Shown here: positions 9,411-12,578 of the stretch, piece after piece | Layout: each line of letters begins with the position of its first letter | Numbering within the stretch: position 1 is the first letter of the stretch | Assembly: GCF_006345805.1 (NCBI RefSeq) | Contig: NW_021826534.1 | Coordinates: 1-12,578, forward strand | Length of the DNA: 12,578 nucleotides | Source of the DNA: Octopus sinensis | Taxonomy: Eukaryota | Direction of reading: 5' to 3' | Notes under the pieces: model-generated | The model's input: the letters and a program-made list of their open reading frames with translations, nothing else | What the model was told of the DNA's origin: nothing | The model's database searches: none | Translations under genes and position numbers: made by a program

Positions 9411-10036
9411 TGAAACTCTTCATTGCTAACTTTTTACGTTTCCATTCAATAGTATGATATGTCTATAAAAAGTTCGCTTAAATGTGTTGGATACAGTACT
9501 GAATGTGTGACAGCAATTTTTGCGATTCTCCTTTCGTTCTTTTTGTCGTTACTACTGATATTGTTTCCGAATCTAGATCAGTAAGACCTGTGATCCGAAT
9601 TTCTCCGTGCATGTCAACCCAATTTTTTTTCCCGTTTTTTTTCTTTTCCTTTTTTTTTTTTACGTTCTGCTAAACTAGTGCTAGATGTTCCGAAATCAGT
9701 TTTTACTTGACTGTAGGGGTCTGATTTAAGTGGGTTTTCACGGTTCTACAAGAGGTTTGATGGAATGTGAAACGGAAGAATCGTAGGAATTCTGCCATAG
9801 GCCAAAACAGAAATAAGAAAAGAGAAGGGAGCAGCAAAAAAAAAACAAAAAACGTAATTGATTGTTTATTTAATTATAACACAAGTCTTTAAAAGTTGGT
9901 ATAAACCAAGAATCTACTTCCAAACAAGTCACCAAGTACGATGACACAGATACTGTTCCATACACTCTTCCTTAATTTTCTCTGTAAGTTTGTATTATGC
10001 TCTCCAACGATGCGTTTGCTGTGTTATACTTTCAGT

Positions 10037-10057
10037 TAATAATAATAATAATAATAA
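10037..10057. repeat. (TAA)7 microsatellite
   Basis: Directly visible. Confidence 0.95.
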
Positions 10058-10058
10058 T

Positions 10059-10267
10059 ATGTTAAAACAAACGTAATTTTCGTATGGTTTTTTAGGCATT
10101 TTGTAGTACAACACTAAGTACAAAACCAAATATATGGCACTCTAGTCATAACACCAACATGAACTTCCAACTTGTTGTCTCTTGAGGTCTCTGGGTGAGA
10201 CTTGGAGCCAGCTTGTGCAAATGTAAAGCAAAAGTCAAACATAGAATAATGATAATAATAAATAATA
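10059..10267 (+). mobile_element. Probable heavily 5'-truncated R4/Dong LINE 3' UTR fragment with TAA-type tail
   Basis: Seen: unique sequence between (TAA)7 and a degenerate TAA tail (10245-10267), with stem-loop AGGTCTC-TGGGT-GAGACTT (10185-10203). Recalled, not searched: resemblance to Dong/R4 3' ends, and that Dong elements target TAA repeats. Confidence 0.55.
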
Positions 10268-10785
10268 TATTGACAGTGGCTCTCATGCCTTCTGATCTTA
10301 ACGGAGTGGAAATGTTATCATGTTTTGGTATAAAAGATGGACTTCCGCATATAATCTGCTCACTACAACAGATTTGCTTTATCCTCACCAGTTGAACATG
10401 TCCCTTAGTGGCTGATTATATGTGCATCTCAGATCACGAGCAGAAGTAGTGATGGAGCATCATATCCATGTTCTCAGAGGAATTCGTTGGAGTTTGGTTA
10501 ATTCATCTCTTGAAACAGGGGTGTTTCGTTCAACGTATTTAAACAGGCCTTATTCAGGGACATTTAGAGCAGGATGGGCTACTGAACGTAAAGAAAATTC
10601 TCACTGGGCCCCACCTGAAAGATCATGCACTGTTTATTTTGATATGAGAGTGTGTCGCGCAAATATGGTTGTATGGATGTGCCTGGTATACCCTACTCTT
10701 ATCAGACGAGTAATCATGATGGGTATACTAGGATTCGCATATGTTATCCCAGTGTCACTTTGACGGCATCCATTGCTCTCTCATT
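10268..10785 (+). mobile_element. About 520-bp TAA-flanked non-coding interspersed element, copy 2
   Basis: Collinear with the reverse complement of 4121-4650. Preceded by a TAA-like run and followed by (TAA)9. Confidence 0.8.
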
Positions 10786-10812
10786 TAATAATAATAATAA
10801 TAATAATAATAA
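10786..10812. repeat. (TAA)9 microsatellite (element tail or target)
   Basis: Directly visible. Confidence 0.95.
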
Positions 10813-10828
10813 CCCTTTCTACTTTAGG
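10813..10828 (-). mobile_element. Possible extreme 3' end of a family B SINE
   Basis: Reverse complement CCTAAAGTAGAAAGGG vs CCTAGAGTAGAAAGGA (6983-6998), 14/16 identical, and positioned directly before an (ATT)n run. The match is very short. Confidence 0.5.
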
Positions 10829-12578
10829 AAAGAATAAACCGGCAATAACCCAACTTTGCTTGCTTCTGTTTGAAGCAAGCAAAAACGAAACTAATAAGAA
10901 TTATTGTTAAACATGACCTTTACATGAAAACAACGGATACACAGATTGAAATACTCAGACAAAAAAAAAACAAAAAGAAAACGCCTGGCAGTATACAAAA
11001 GAATGCTCTGTATTCCTTAAACAAGTAATTCTACTGAAGGAGAGCACAAAAACGCCTACAGGGAACTGGAGAAAAATACCATTATTGTGAAAACACCTTT
11101 CTCCCCAGCAACAAACTGAAGCGTTTTGAAAAAAACTTTTGGAGTAATCTAAACGATTTTAATCAGAAAGGACTTTGGGTCAGGGGACGTTGAAGAGGCC
11201 AATGTCCACCTCAAAATCAAGAATGGCAGGATATATCAACTGAAGAAGTGGAAGCGGCGTTCGCCAAGTCAAAGAAATGGAAATCCCCAGGTACAAATAA
11301 GATAGCAAAATTTTGGCTGAACTCTTTAATGAGCACCCACCACAACTTTGCCGTAACACACAATGAAGTCATGCCCAACCCTGAGATTCAAAGATTCAAA
11401 GTGGATTATACAGGGATTAGATATCTTATCTCAAAACAGAAGAAACTACTAACCTCACAAAATACTGACCTATAACATGCCTCACCATCATATATATACT
11501 ATTAACATCTATGATAGCGAATAGAGCATATGAATTCTTGGATAATCTGAAGTTATTCCCAGTGGAACAAAAGGGTTGTAAAAGGAGTTCATATAGATGT
11601 AAGGGCCAATTACTGATTGAAAATTGCTATTCTAAACGCAGAAATCTTAGCATCTTTTGGGGAGATTACAAGAAGGCTTTTGACAATTTTCCCAATGCAT
11701 GGATCACCAAGGCCCGGGAAATTTACAAGATAACTCCAATAATTGCGAACTATTAAAAAGTAATCACAAATTTGTAGAGAACCACCATCATTTTAAACTA
11801 TACACAAGGATATACCACCTCACCAGACATCAATATCGCCTGTGGTATCTTTCAAGGTGACTCATTATCGCCATTACTATTCTGCCTCACTCTGTCCCCT
11901 ATAACCACTGAATACTGCTAAAAGAATACTGCAACTGAATACTGCTAAGAAACGTATATCTTTGAATAGAAAGTTAATCATCTAGTCTATATGGACGAGC
12001 TACTACTGTTTGTCAAAGAATTCAGCTCTGATATAGGTATGGAATTCGGTCTTGATAAATGTGCAAAGGATACCTTCAAGGCAGCGAAGTTACATAAAGG
12101 TACAAAATATAGAACTTGATACTACCACAGGTATTCAGAATCTAGAGAAATCCGAAGTATAGAAATATCCAGCATTCTAAAAGGAAAGAGAAAATATGCA
12201 AGGAATGCTACCGATAAATAAGAATGGTCCTAAACTCAGAATTCAATGCTGCTAACAGAATTAATGCGATCAATTCTTTGGCCATAGCAGTAACCACATA
12301 AAACTTCGATATTATTAAGTGGAATCTCACTGACATGCTGAAATGGATAGGGAGATCCGTAAAATCTTTGCAAGCTTCTGAATGCACCATCCAATATCAG
12401 ATATAGATAAGATTTATCTCCCCACAAAAATAAGTGGAAGAGCCCTGATACAGCTCGAACAATACTGCCAATCAGCAATAATACGTACCTTAATACAAAT
12501 GATGTGCTCTTACGAACTGCACTGGGGCATGAAGATTCCAAGTAAGCTTCAGTCATGAAGTCTAGACAGAAATTTAAA
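10829..12578 (+). mobile_element. Decayed, 5'-truncated non-LTR retrotransposon of the R4/Dong clade; continues beyond the window end
   Basis: Collinear RT-region motifs across frameshifts: QEWQDISTEEVEAA..KWKSPG (to about 11292), KY*PITCL (11463-), EQKGCKR..CKGQLLI, DYKKAFD (11664-11684), GIFQGDSLSPLLFCL (11844-11888), NHLVYMDE (YMDE 11988-11999), FSSDIGMEFGLDKCAK, NAINSLAI, MHHPISDIDKIYLPTKISGRALIQLE (12382-12459). The WKSPG/EQKGC/GMEFGLDKC/MHHP combination is characteristic of R4/Dong RTs. The 5' boundary is approximate; homology is clear from about 10940. Confidence 0.9.
11215..12578 (+). pseudogene. Reverse transcriptase domain remnant (R4/Dong LINE ORF), non-functional
   Basis: Multiple stops (e.g. 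TGA at 11466-11468 where YRPITCL has Arg), frameshifts, internal deletions, and catalytic YMDD changed to YMDE. Track ORFs 11248-11475 and 11511-11756 are pieces of it. Confidence 0.9.

Noticed and set aside
12208-12556. Minus-strand ORFs 12208-12390 and 12236-12556
   Set aside because: They are antisense shadows of the decayed LINE RT.

Overview
AT-rich eukaryotic non-coding DNA saturated with microsatellites and retroelements. The repeat families and (TA)n/(CAT)n/(TAA)n density look like an Octopus (coleoid cephalopod) genome; this is recognition from memory, not a search. No intact protein-coding gene can be supported. The long ORFs in the track are microsatellite artefacts, apart from fragments of a decayed R4/Dong-type non-LTR retrotransposon reverse transcriptase (about 10940-12578, +, running off the window). 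Other content: one tRNA-derived SINE of one family (751-1164, -), at least four copies of a second (3775-3957 -, 4001-4120 +, tandem pair 6560-6998 +), and a Tigger/pogo-like MITE (2006-2229). The most interesting signal is a roughly 520-bp non-coding element present twice in inverted orientation (4121-4650 -, 10268-10785 +), each time bounded by TAA repeats on both sides. The second copy sits in a chain of TAA-flanked insertions ending in the Dong RT. This suggests a TAA-microsatellite-targeted retrotransposition system with a non-autonomous partner that uses SINE tails as landing pads. That model is inference and its novelty is unverified.
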